NCBI GenBank assembly: GCA_018901625.1
Contig: JAHIEM010000051.1
Span: forward strand, 1-32,316
Reading direction: 5' to 3'
Source of the DNA: Nanobdellota archaeon
GTDB lineage: Archaea; Nanobdellota; Nanobdellia; Pacearchaeales; GW2011-AR1
Length of the DNA: 32,316 bases
The notes under the pieces are model-generated. The model was not told where the DNA came from, made no database searches, and worked only from the letters and a program-made list of their open reading frames with translations. Position 1 is the stretch's first letter; every line of letters starts with the position of its first letter. Made by a program: the position numbers and the translations under genes. Shown here in pieces: positions 10,208 through 18,483 of the stretch.

Positions 10208-11016
10208 GACTAATAGACATACACGCACATTTAGATAATACGAAATACGAAGACGACCTAGACGAAGTTATAGAAAGATGCAGGGAGTATAATGTTACAG
10301 CAGTAATCTCTGGAGTAAATAAAAAAACAAATCGAAAGGTTTTAGAACTGCAAGAAAAATATCCTGATGTAATAAAAGTCACATTCGGCATCTATCCTCT
10401 TGATGCCCTTGCAAAAGAGCTCGAATCAGGCGAAGCAACAGGATTTTCTCGAGACACAGAGCCAGTAGACATTGACAAAGAACTTGCTTGGATAGAAAAC
10501 AACAAAAATAGATGCGTAGCAATTGGAGAAATTGGATTAGATTATAATTGGCCTGAATTTCAAAGCGATGAGATAAAACAAGAGCAGAAAGATAATTTTA
10601 AAAAAATTTTAAAGGTTGCTCGCGAGTTGGATTTGCCAGTTATTATTCATACAAGAAAAGCTGAATTAGATTGTGTTGAAATCCTTGAAAAATTAAATAT
10701 GAAAAAGGTTATTTTGCACTGCTTCATGGGTAGAAAGCATCTCATTAAAAGAGCAGCAAGCAATAAATGGTATTTTTCTATTCCCCCAATAATAACAAGA
10801 TTGCAGCATTTTCAGACTTTAGTTGAATTAGTTCCATTAGAACAGCTGTTAACAGAAACAGATTCTCCCTATCTTTCTCCTGTTGCTGGAGAGAGAAACG
10901 AGCCAGCAAATATCAGAGTAACTATTAAAGAGATAGCAAAAATAAAAAATCTCACTGAAGAAGAAGTAGCAGAGCAAATCTGGAAAAATGCCGCGAGTTT
11001 ATTCAATCTTTCTTAA
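10204..11016 (+). CDS. tatD: TatD-family metal-dependent hydrolase
   Basis: IDIHAHLD N-terminal motif, GEIGLDY, IIHTR, LLTETDSPYL. The GTG start overlaps the upstream stop (GTGA). Confidence 0.85.
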   Translation: MRLIDIHAHLDNTKYEDDLDEVIERCREYNVTAVISGVNKKTNRKVLELQEKYPDVIKVTFGIYPLDALAKELESGEATGFSRDTEPVDIDKELAWIENNKNRCVAIGEIGLDYNWPEFQSDEIKQEQKDNFKKILKVARELDLPVIIHTRKAELDCVEILEKLNMKKVILHCFMGRKHLIKRAASNKWYFSIPPIITRLQHFQTLVELVPLEQLLTETDSPYLSPVAGERNEPANIRVTIKEIAKIKNLTEEEVAEQIWKNAASLFNLS

Positions 11017-11617
11017 ACTCAACCAGCTTCCCAGCTTCAATCTCAATTTTATCAGCCCTTCTAAGGTTTTTTATCTGCTTCTTATTCAGAACTTTATAAT
11101 GCCTGCACGAAGCTAGATATTCTGGAATCTCCCACAAATTCTCTTCCTTAGTTATCCACTCAACTCCAAATTTCTCAATTAAATCAATAGGCATAGAGTA
11201 CGAGCGCAGTGTTTTTTTCCCGCTGTCAGTAAAATACTCGTGAAAAAAACTCATCACAAGCTCGCGGATATCCCTGTAAACAGGCTCTCTATATCTTAAA
11301 ACAGCATGATTTGTCTTGGAAACAGCTCCCCATTTGCCATTCTCGCGAAATACCGCAACCACATGGTCAAAATCAGACTGAGTTGCTGTGAGATCAACAA
11401 CCAGTGCCTTTTTACCCTGTAATTTAAAAGCAAGAGCAGCCAGCATAGCCCCTTCAATGCAGTGGCATTTTCCAGTTTTCAGTACAGCTCTCGGAGAGAT
11501 GCACGTGTCTCCGTCAGGCTCAAAATTAATTTCAAGTTTATTTAAAAAATCCTGGATTTTCTTTGGCGTGTTAAGTTTTCTCAGGATTTTTAGTTCTTTT
11601 CTTGTGAGATTATACAT
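11003..11617 (-). CDS. Transglutaminase-like (Cys-His-Asp) fold protein, function unknown
   Basis: GKCHCIEGAMLAALAF (nucleophile Cys in the expected context) followed by FDHVVAVF and GKWGAVSK. The assignment is motif-level only. Confidence 0.45.
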   Translation of the reverse strand: MYNLTRKELKILRKLNTPKKIQDFLNKLEINFEPDGDTCISPRAVLKTGKCHCIEGAMLAALAFKLQGKKALVVDLTATQSDFDHVVAVFRENGKWGAVSKTNHAVLRYREPVYRDIRELVMSFFHEYFTDSGKKTLRSYSMPIDLIEKFGVEWITKEENLWEIPEYLASCRHYKVLNKKQIKNLRRADKIEIEAGKLVEFKKD

Positions 11618-11782
11618 AAACTGAATAAAAGAGATTAGTTATTAAATATATCCAAAATATGCCCTTCATTGCAAAAGTCCATTAAATAATTAAAACAGAT
11701 ATGCCCAATATCTTCAGATAAGGAATAATTACTCTGCAATCACACCAGGATAATAATTGTTCAAACTTAATGTTCAACTCAA

Positions 11783-12009
11783 TAAGTGCAGATTTGTAAA
11801 TCCCCCGACTACCCCCCAGATAGAGGGGGGTTTGCCTCAGTGCTTCGCACAATTAGTCGCTTTCAGCGAGATAAAAACAGAAAAATACTTCTTTTATCGG
11901 ACCGAGAAAGACACCAACAAAATTTTAACAAATTTCGTCTAACAAACGATAAGAGGTTTCACTTCGTTACACCCAAATATTTTTCAGTTTTTGATTTTTG
12001 AGATGGGGC
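11783..12009 (+). repeat. Left arm of a long imperfect inverted repeat flanking the 12052-12944 cassette
   Basis: Blocks taagtgcagatttgt (11783-97), aaatccc (11798-804), gggtttgcc (11828-36) and ttgagatggggc (11998-12009) recur in the same order as reverse complements at 13047-61, 13022-28, 13001-09 and 12958-69. Confidence 0.8.
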
Positions 12010-12022
12010 TAAAAAAAGAAGT

Positions 12023-12030
12023 TTTATAAA
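12023..12030 (+). promoter_or_regulatory. Candidate archaeal TATA box for a near-leaderless transcript of the 12052 ORF
   Basis: tttataaa is centred about 26 nt upstream of ATG 12052. The AT-rich background lowers specificity. Confidence 0.3.
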
Positions 12031-12051
12031 GTCTATTAATATTGTTTACTT

Positions 12052-12438
12052 ATGAAGAAGAGTTTAATCATAGGAATTATTGCAATTATTTTTCTCTTAA
12101 TCATTGGAGTATATTATTTTTCATTTGTCTATATGTCTGAATCTCAAGCCAGAAAGATTATAGTTGAAAGCTATAATCAAAATCCAACTTCCATATGTAA
12201 TAGATTTTATGTTGATGATTCTAGATGTCTTGCTTTTACAGAATGTTATATTGAGAAAGCAGTACCTGCTATGCCAAAGAATCTTTTAATTCAATTTGCA
12301 AAAGATATCAAAGTAGGAAAGTCCTCAGCAATGGATTCATATTCCTTAGTTAATGGAAAACAAATTGGTCAAGATTGTCTTGCTAAGATATTAAATGTTC
12401 CAGACAATGTGAATATAAATTTAATAAATGTGGAGTAG
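12052..12438 (+). CDS. N-terminally anchored, Cys-containing secreted/membrane protein (hypothetical)
   Basis: 128 aa with a signal-anchor (LIIGIIAIIFLLIIGVYYFSF) and 4 Cys in the ectodomain. Confidence 0.55.
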   Translation: MKKSLIIGIIAIIFLLIIGVYYFSFVYMSESQARKIIVESYNQNPTSICNRFYVDDSRCLAFTECYIEKAVPAMPKNLLIQFAKDIKVGKSSAMDSYSLVNGKQIGQDCLAKILNVPDNVNINLINVE

Positions 12439-12443
12439 GGATT

Positions 12444-12944
12444 ATGGAAACTTTTATCATAATAGGAATTCTTGGATTCATTATTGTATTTATTTTATTT
12501 ATCTTCGTAGCTATATGGGCTCTTCGTAAATATTATGGGGTTAATGATAACTCTTTAAAAAATGTTCAAACAGCTATTAAAAGTAAAACTAATTTATTGC
12601 CTCTAACTTTTTATCTTAAAAGCAGAGGGTGGGGATTATCTTGTTTAAGGATTCCTTTCGGACTTAGAACTGGCGGACCCCAACTTACTGCCAAAGTAGA
12701 ATTAACAGATGATAAAATTATTTTGACTTGGATTAAAAGAGAAGAATTGTCTTATTCTCAATTGAAACTAGTAGATGTTTACAATTTTGGCATAGCTCGG
12801 AATATAATTTTCCATGTTAAAGGAAGAATTTCAACAAGATACGGAAATATTGTTAAAAAAGAATTGCTCGCAGAAGTTCTTAAAATTCTTCAGTCTAAAG
12901 GTGTGAAACTTTCTAGAAGAGCTGAAAAGATATTAAACAGTTAA
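12444..12944 (+). CDS. N-terminally anchored membrane protein (hypothetical)
   Basis: 166 aa with one TM segment (FIIIGILGFIIVFILFIFVAIWAL), 5 nt after the preceding ORF. Confidence 0.55.
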   Translation: METFIIIGILGFIIVFILFIFVAIWALRKYYGVNDNSLKNVQTAIKSKTNLLPLTFYLKSRGWGLSCLRIPFGLRTGGPQLTAKVELTDDKIILTWIKREELSYSQLKLVDVYNFGIARNIIFHVKGRISTRYGNIVKKELLAEVLKILQSKGVKLSRRAEKILNS

Positions 12945-12957
12945 AATAAAAATCTAC

Positions 12958-13061
12958 GCCCCATCTCAACCTTCTTTTTAGAAAAAAGAAGCAAAAAATC
13001 GGCAAACCCTCTTTATTTATTGGGATTTACTGGCGTCCCGCCATCCACAAATCTGCACTTA
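12958..13061 (-). repeat. Right arm of the inverted repeat flanking the 12052-12944 cassette
   Basis: The reverse complement contains taagtgcagatttgt, aaatccc, gggtttgcc and ttgagatggggc in the same order as the left arm, with different spacer lengths. Confidence 0.8.
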
Positions 13062-13273
13062 CTCTTCGGAATTTTTTGCTTCGCAAAAACCGCTTGCAGC
13101 TATTCCTCGTCCCTAACGGGAGTATTTAACAGCACTTAAAAGACTCCACTCCGTTGCACTCGTTCCGTCCAAATTCAAAATTTGTGGGATGCCTCAAATT
13201 TTGAACTTCTTTTAATCGCGATGTTATATGAAACTGCAAGTTCGCGCCTGATTTCATTTGCTTTGAAGATTTT

Positions 13274-13651
13274 TCAGTCAAAGAAAAAATCATCATTTAT
13301 AGCTTCAGAATGCGCAAGAATGTCAGTAGCAGTAACTATTCCGACTAACTCTCCCTTGCTGAAAACAGGCAGCCTCTTTATCTTGTTCTGAGCCATAATC
13401 TCTGCAGCATCTTCAACACTATCACTCTTGTCTATGCTTATAACTTTCTTGTTCATAACCTCAGAAACCTTTTTCCCAAGATTAGAAACACTCTTCAAGA
13501 TATCAGACTCAGAAACAATTCCAGAAACTTTATCTCCCTTCATAACAATCAATCCCCCAACATTCTTGTCAGACATAATCTTGGCAGCCTCTTTCAGGCT
13601 AGTCTTCTCCTCAATTGCAAGGGCTTTATTCATAATCTCGCTTATCTTCAT
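13274..13651 (-). CDS. CBS-domain pair protein
   Basis: 125 aa with two CBS repeats (VGGLIVMKGDKVSGIVSESDIL and IKRLPVFSKGELVGIVTATDIL). Confidence 0.8.
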   Translation of the reverse strand: MKISEIMNKALAIEEKTSLKEAAKIMSDKNVGGLIVMKGDKVSGIVSESDILKSVSNLGKKVSEVMNKKVISIDKSDSVEDAAEIMAQNKIKRLPVFSKGELVGIVTATDILAHSEAINDDFFFD

Positions 13652-13652
13652 C

Positions 13653-14129
13653 TTACAAATCAGAAATCTGTTTAATCATGTGTTTAATTCCAGTGCTCCC
13701 AAAACCCCGGTCATACCTGCTAGAAACAGGCAAACTCTTAACCTCAGTTATCTTTACCTTTTTAACAGGAATAACTATCATCTGCGCAACCCTCATCCCC
13801 TTTTCAATTTGCACGCTTTCTTCCCCAAAGTTTATCAGAACAATAGAAATCTCTCCCCTATACGCAGGGTCAAATGTCCCAGCAGCAGTGTGAACATTCA
13901 TCTTAGTTGTGATTCCTGCTCTGTCCCGAATCAACCCAACACAACCTTCAGGTATCTCAATCGCCAGCCCTGTCCTGACTGTCTTCTGTTCAAATGGCGC
14001 AAGATTAACAGTCTCATTAGCTCTTATATCAAACCCAACATCACTCTCAAGCGCATATTCAGGCAGAGAAACATCGTGAAAAAATCTCTTAACCTTCAAG
14101 ACACTTTCAATCTTAGCCTCTTTTTTCAT
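13653..14129 (-). CDS. dut: dUTP diphosphatase (trimeric dUTPase/dCTP deaminase fold)
   Basis: GFDIRA, RTGLAIEIPEGCVGLIRDRAG, GTFDPAYRGEISIVLINFG and the C-terminal RGFGSTG motif. Confidence 0.8.
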   Translation of the reverse strand: MKKEAKIESVLKVKRFFHDVSLPEYALESDVGFDIRANETVNLAPFEQKTVRTGLAIEIPEGCVGLIRDRAGITTKMNVHTAAGTFDPAYRGEISIVLINFGEESVQIEKGMRVAQMIVIPVKKVKITEVKSLPVSSRYDRGFGSTGIKHMIKQISDL

Positions 14130-14159
14130 AATCCTACCAAGAAAGATATGTTTAAAAAG

Positions 14160-14942
14160 TTAATCCTCAAGCCACTTGAATCTTTTTCTTGCCCAAGAAT
14201 CATATAATGCAATACCCGCATGCTCTGCAACCGAAAACAAAGAATTTCTCTTTCTCATTGCAGCAATAAACCTCCCTGAGTTAATTTTTTCTTTTAAAGA
14301 ATCTCTTAAACTATCCTCACTTGAAAAATCTAGTTCAGTCTCAACATGCCCGTTTCCTAAATCTCTTTTATTATGAGAATCTGAAACAGAAATTCCATTT
14401 AATCCGTGTCTAAAAAGCTCTGTAAAATCTTCTCTAGGCACAATTTCAAAATTAGCATTGAACTGTTCATAACCCTGAAAACTTGCAGAATTCTCAACAA
14501 GGTTTTTTATTCCCACCCCCTGAAGATTTTTGTAGTGGTCAGCAATTGCAACTGCCCCGAGATTAGCTATCTGTTTTAGTGTCTCTTTCAAGCCCAATCC
14601 ACTTGGAATTCTTCTGAAGCTGTCTCCTGCCAGAGCTAAAACATGCCCCTGCAAAGTAGGAATCTCCTGTCCGCGTATTACTCTAAACACGCTCTCTTCA
14701 TCTGTAAACGAAAGCGCATTTCCAATCTCTCTCATGAGCCTGTATCTCCCCAAATGCCCTCTTGCAGAAGCTGCAAACTCCTCAAATCTTATATCCTCAA
14801 AATTAACAAGAGCTATCCCATCAAGTTTGGCGCTCTTAACAGCCCCGATAATGTAATCTGCATCTCTCCCAGCTCTCTCTAAGCTATATCTTCCCTGTTC
14901 CCATGTTGTGAACAAGTGCGTATGCAAATCATATCTTGCCAT
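14160..14942 (-). CDS. PHP-domain metal-dependent phosphoesterase
   Basis: YDLHTHL N-terminal His motif, ...IADHY..., and SDSHN near the C-terminus; 260 aa. Confidence 0.65.
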   Translation of the reverse strand: MARYDLHTHLFTTWEQGRYSLERAGRDADYIIGAVKSAKLDGIALVNFEDIRFEEFAASARGHLGRYRLMREIGNALSFTDEESVFRVIRGQEIPTLQGHVLALAGDSFRRIPSGLGLKETLKQIANLGAVAIADHYKNLQGVGIKNLVENSASFQGYEQFNANFEIVPREDFTELFRHGLNGISVSDSHNKRDLGNGHVETELDFSSEDSLRDSLKEKINSGRFIAAMRKRNSLFSVAEHAGIALYDSWARKRFKWLED

Positions 14943-15023
14943 GTTAATATATCAGAACTTACTGAGGTTCTTCACCCCAATAATCTAAACTCCCCCAGAT
15001 TTATAAATTTTTTTATAAGAAAT

Positions 15024-15296
15024 CTAAAGCAGCCCTTCTTCACTGTCTTCTGCAGATTCTTTCTTTTCATCTCCAGATTCCTGCTTCATATCATCCAAGC
15101 TAATGGAATTTATCATCTCTCTGAACTCAAGAAACTTCTCTGCAGGTATTCTAGTCCCGCTCTTAGTAAAACCAGTATATTTTTCACTTGAAACAAACTC
15201 GCGTATAGTAAGCCCCTTCTTTCCTCCATAATCATCAATTCTCACAACAATGTCTATCTCAGAATTCTTTGCTATCTTGCCAACATCTTTTTCCAT
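15024..15296 (-). CDS. PC4/p15-like ssDNA-binding protein with acidic tail
   Basis: IVVRIDDYGGKKGLTIREFVSSEKYTGFTKSGTRIPAEKFLEFREMI resembles the PC4 core (xDIREyy...G...PTkKGIsL). The tail is acidic. Confidence 0.5.
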   Translation of the reverse strand: MEKDVGKIAKNSEIDIVVRIDDYGGKKGLTIREFVSSEKYTGFTKSGTRIPAEKFLEFREMINSISLDDMKQESGDEKKESAEDSEEGLL

Positions 15297-15329
15297 TCTT
15301 ATATTTTTTTTATTAGTTTATATACTTTG

Positions 15330-16097
15330 CTATACTCTCATCAGCCTGCTTGTCTCACCCCGCCCCATAGCAAACACGCGTGGAGAGAAATTAGACCTCT
15401 CTCTGATAAGCCTGGATACTGTGCTAAAAGCAATTTCTGGAGTATTATTTGTCTGGCTTAGATGCGAAAGAAGTATGTTCTTAAGCCTGTGATTCCCATG
15501 TTCAAGCAGCAATAAACCTGCCTGAGTATTAGACAAGTGCCCGGAATCACTGGAAATCCACTTCTTCAGGTGCCAGGGATAGGGTCCGTTTTCAAGCATT
15601 GCAATGTCATGATTAGCTTCTAAACACAAGAGATTAGAATCAGAAACACTATCAACCACATTATTGCAGCACCTGCCCAAATCAGTTATTATAGAAACCT
15701 TTCTCCCATTAAAAACATTATATGACACAGGATCACTCGCCCTATGAGACTTAGAAAATGCTTCAACACTAATCTCTCCAAGCTTAACAGTCTCATCATT
15801 CTTAATAGTGTTTATCAAACTCTCATCAGAACATAAAAAACCGCTCTTAGCTGTCTTTTTAGTTGCAAAGATAGGAATATTGAAATTGCGGGAAAATACA
15901 TCTGCCCCCCGTAAGTGGTCTGTATGCTCATGAGTTATAAAAACACCCCTAATCTTTCCAGGACTCCTCCCAATCTTTCCAAGTCTCTGGACAATCTGCT
16001 TGCACGAGATTCCAGCATCAACTAGTATCGCACGATCTCTGTTTTCAATATAAAAACAATTCCCGCTGCTCCCCGAAGATAAAACTGATAATTTCAT
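15330..16097 (-). CDS. Metallo-beta-lactamase fold hydrolase
   Basis: ILVDAG..., THEHTDHLRG (HxHxDH), later H and D ligands; 255 aa. Confidence 0.8.
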   Translation of the reverse strand: MKLSVLSSGSSGNCFYIENRDRAILVDAGISCKQIVQRLGKIGRSPGKIRGVFITHEHTDHLRGADVFSRNFNIPIFATKKTAKSGFLCSDESLINTIKNDETVKLGEISVEAFSKSHRASDPVSYNVFNGRKVSIITDLGRCCNNVVDSVSDSNLLCLEANHDIAMLENGPYPWHLKKWISSDSGHLSNTQAGLLLLEHGNHRLKNILLSHLSQTNNTPEIAFSTVSRLIRERSNFSPRVFAMGRGETSRLMRV

Positions 16098-16119
16098 TTG
16101 TATATTCCATCAAAAAATC

Positions 16120-16932
16120 TTATTGTTTGCTCAACTTCTCAATCTCTCTTTTCTCTTCTTCTATTCTCTTCTCAATCTCTTGAATCCTGCTTGCATTCTT
16201 CATTCTAGACAACTCTGTTTTAGCCTGTGCCAGTTCATTCTGCATCTCGAGCAATCTAATCTGAAGCGCAGAACTCTCTCCAGGAGTTGATGGTGGACTA
16301 GATATTCTCTGAAATCCCTTGCTGTTTCCCTCATAAGAATCAAACGAAGATCTCCTGAAAATCTTAATTAGCACAAAACCAACTAGAGAGACAAGAACAA
16401 TTACCCCGACAATATAATACATTAGATTAGACCTAGGATTTCCCTTAGCTGTAACTGCAAAACCAGTCAGAGACTCATTGTTAGTCTTAGCACTCTCTTC
16501 CACAACCGTGCTCTCTTGGATTAATTCCTCACTCGCCTCTTCTGTAGAATTCTCTATAGCTACTTCCTCTGCTTCTAGATAGTTCTTTGACACCATTCCT
16601 GGAATAACCTGCAAGTAGAGTGGAGAGCCTGTTTCAAAAGGTTCTTCATCAAACTTTTCTAATAACAAGATATTATTTCCCTCTTGCAGCTGGACTCTTA
16701 ACTTGATTTGGTTGTAGTCTCCTGTAAAACTCACAGAGACAAATGCCTCTTCTCCAGAGTTAATGTGATAACTATCATACAATCCATAAACTTCTGCAGG
16801 ATTTAAGATAAAGATACTCACCCTTACATTCTTTAATGTTTTAACATTAATTTCAGTAGTTGCAGCACTCACAAAAGAGCATGCTAGCATGACAAAAACC
16901 AAGCCAAGCATGACTCCACACCTCATTTTCAT
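16120..16932 (-). CDS. Type I membrane protein: signal peptide, extracellular domain, TM, cytoplasmic coiled coil
   Basis: Signal-like N-terminus (VMLGLVFVMLACSFVSA), a TM segment (MYYIVGVIVLVSLVGFVLI), and a heptad-rich tail (LEMQNELAQAKTELSRMK...EKRIEEEKREIEKL). Confidence 0.6.
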   Translation of the reverse strand: MKMRCGVMLGLVFVMLACSFVSAATTEINVKTLKNVRVSIFILNPAEVYGLYDSYHINSGEEAFVSVSFTGDYNQIKLRVQLQEGNNILLLEKFDEEPFETGSPLYLQVIPGMVSKNYLEAEEVAIENSTEEASEELIQESTVVEESAKTNNESLTGFAVTAKGNPRSNLMYYIVGVIVLVSLVGFVLIKIFRRSSFDSYEGNSKGFQRISSPPSTPGESSALQIRLLEMQNELAQAKTELSRMKNASRIQEIEKRIEEEKREIEKLSKQ

Positions 16933-17033
16933 AGGTTTACTTCGAATTCAGTATTTATAAATATTTCTCAAAACTAAAATTAATGCCAGTAAATTGAAAA
17001 CACCCGCACCACACCCTATTCAAAGGTGATACA

Positions 17034-17258
17034 TTATTTACCAATAATTGTTTGTTTGACTATTTGACATTGTTTATAGCAAATACAACCGGAATTAGAT
17101 TCGTTATAAAACGAATTATCAGCATTTACTTCTCTGCAAATATCAGCACAGATTCCAGAGTTACTTGAAGGAGTGAAAGAGTTAGACCAGCGATTAACAA
17201 TAAAGTGGAATAACAAGTTAATTAGAAATAGCGATACAAGAATACCCAAAACAATCAA
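17034..17258 (-). CDS. Small anchored Cys-rich protein (hypothetical)
   Basis: 74 aa with an N-terminal TM and 5 Cys in the C-terminal 45 aa. Confidence 0.4.
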   Translation of the reverse strand: MIVLGILVSLFLINLLFHFIVNRWSNSFTPSSNSGICADICREVNADNSFYNESNSGCICYKQCQIVKQTIIGK

Positions 17259-17334
17259 AATTATTTTTAATGTCTTATTTAGACAATAAAGCTATAAAAA
17301 CATTATTGTAATAAATGCTCAAACCGAGAGTAGG

Positions 17335-17346
17335 ACGCCCACACCC
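17335..17346 (-). repeat. Distal partial copy of the tRNA-Ser 3' acceptor end
   Basis: acgcccacacc here equals 17606-17616 of the tRNA gene, and the adjacent caac/caag is also similar. Confidence 0.6.
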
Positions 17347-17472
17347 AACTCACAAACCCGCTCGTAAATAAAAAAAGAAATAAACTCTCGCGGCTTTGTT
17401 CGGAGTCGAACAATCGTGGTAACTCGACTCCAGCATATTTGTGGTATGCTATCTCGCTTCTCTCAATAGCAT

Positions 17473-17556
17473 TTACGCCCACACAAAAAATTTCCAGTTC
17501 TCAATCTGTATTATTTTACCATGAACTGGAAATTTTTTCCCAAGAGTTCGAACTTG
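17473..17556 (-). repeat. Decayed copy of the tRNA-Ser 3' part (acceptor 3' strand plus T-arm), split by a palindromic insert
   Basis: ttacgcccacac (17473-84) equals 17604-15. ccaagagttcgaacttg (17540-56) equals the T-arm ccaagagtcgaacttgg (17615-31) with one extra T. The two pieces are contiguous in the real gene but 55 nt apart here. Confidence 0.7.
17485..17538. repeat. Perfect 16-bp-arm palindrome (hairpin element) inserted in the tRNA pseudo-copy
   Basis: aaaaaatttccagttc (17485-500) and gaactggaaatttttt (17523-38) are exact reverse complements with a 22-nt spacer. Confidence 0.8.
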
Positions 17557-17606
17557 TTTAACAAGTTCGACTGTGATTATAATTGGGGATTTTTCAATCC
17601 CCATTA

Positions 17607-17688
17607 CGCCCACACCAAGAGTCGAACTTGGAAATCCTTGCGGAAAACAGATTAGCAATCTGTCGCCGTACCGTTGGGCCATGTGGGC
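17607..17688 (-). tRNA. tRNA-Ser (anticodon GCU), class II with long variable arm
   Basis: 82 nt. Acceptor GCCCACA/UGUGGGC, discriminator G, 3-bp D stem, anticodon stem ACAGA/UCUGU with loop UUGCUAA. Variable arm UCC-GCAA-GGA, T arm CCAAG-UUCGACU-CUUGG. No encoded CCA. Confidence 0.9.
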
Positions 17689-17804
17689 TGAGCAAAAAAG
17701 CCACGAATAAACAACTTATAAACCTTACGAGTAAAGCGAGTAAGTGTTTGCCTTTGGAAACCTTTCTTAAAGGTTTATTATAAATCTTACTAGAGTTCTA
17801 GTCT

Positions 17805-18368
17805 CTACAAACCCCTCTTTCTATAAACCTCTTTCAAATCCCTGATATAGTTCAGAGCAGAAAATGCCCCGATTATACCCGTAGTTATCGCAAAAGGCCA
17901 CGCAATGCTCATCTTAAAAACTATTGCTGGCAGTGCAATTGCCTGCAGAACAGTAGTTGCCTTTGCAATATGAGTGGCATGCGGAGTCCAATGCTTGCTT
18001 AAGATAAAATAGGCAACAGCAAAAGGAAATCCAATAATCTCCCGCGCAAGCATAATAAACATCTGGTATATCTGCTCTCTGCCAAAATACCCAGTCATCG
18101 GGTAGTGTACCATAAAAGAAATAACAGTTGCAACAAGCAGGAATCTGTCTGCAAACTGGTCATATCTTCTTCCAAACTCTGTCTTCATATTCCAAATTCT
18201 AGCTATATTCCCATCAATAGCATCAGTTATCATCCCGATAACAAAAAGAACAGCAATAGAGAATATGCTTACATCAGTGAATACAGCATAAACTATCACA
18301 AAAGTGATTATCACTCTGAGTGTAGTGAAGAAATTCGGCCAGTTTACTATTCTCTCTTTTTGCTTCAT
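17805..18368 (-). CDS. CDP-alcohol phosphatidyltransferase family (archaeal lipid head-group synthase type)
   Basis: DAIDGNIARIWNMKTEFGRRYDQFADRF matches D(x)2DG(x)2AR(x)8G(x)3D(x)3D. Multi-pass membrane protein, 187 aa. Confidence 0.85.
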   Translation of the reverse strand: MKQKERIVNWPNFFTTLRVIITFVIVYAVFTDVSIFSIAVLFVIGMITDAIDGNIARIWNMKTEFGRRYDQFADRFLLVATVISFMVHYPMTGYFGREQIYQMFIMLAREIIGFPFAVAYFILSKHWTPHATHIAKATTVLQAIALPAIVFKMSIAWPFAITTGIIGAFSALNYIRDLKEVYRKRGL

Positions 18369-18461
18369 TGTAACTTAGGCAAGATACCCCTGCCTTCAGG
18401 TTTAATTTTTGAATTTGTTTTATTATTTTGTTTTCTCATGGCATCCTTGCGTAATGATACA

Positions 18462-18477
18462 TCGGGCTTTAGCCCGA
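18462..18477 (-). terminator. GC hairpin just downstream of the 18484 ORF
   Basis: tcgggct-tt-agcccga: 7-bp stem with a 2-nt spacer, 7 nt after the stop. The role is inferred. Confidence 0.25.
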
Positions 18478-18483
18478 AGAGGT

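Noticed and set aside
11840-13089. UUCG tetraloop hairpins (gtgcttcgcac at 11840-50, tttttgcttcgcaaaaa at 13073-89) as strong evidence for a known structured RNA
   Set aside because: On checking the pairings, the closing pairs give GC-UUC-GC triloops or 5-nt loops, not canonical C(UUCG)G tetraloops. They remain plain hairpins only.
11640-13270. SRP RNA, RNase P RNA or C/D-box sRNA in the GC-rich flanks
   Set aside because: I could not find the conserved SRP helix-8 motif, the RNase P CR-I or CR-V motifs, or C (UGAUGA) and D (CUGA) box pairs on either strand. The region is left as an unidentified candidate.
13428-14207. 259-aa plus-strand ORF, the longest unassigned ORF in the track
   Set aside because: It is entirely antisense to the CBS-domain and dUTPase genes, which have clear motifs. 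Its translation is low-complexity (Ser/Phe/Leu/Ile/Asn rich) with no motif, typical of a shadow ORF in AT-rich DNA.
17335-17615. The repeated gcccacac units as a possible mini CRISPR array
   Set aside because: There are only three copies of about 11-12 nt at irregular spacing. The repeat is identical to the tRNA-Ser acceptor end, and no cas genes are present.
17473-17682. 69-aa minus-strand ORF
   Set aside because: It overlaps the well-folding tRNA-Ser gene and the tRNA-derived repeats, so it is almost certainly not coding.
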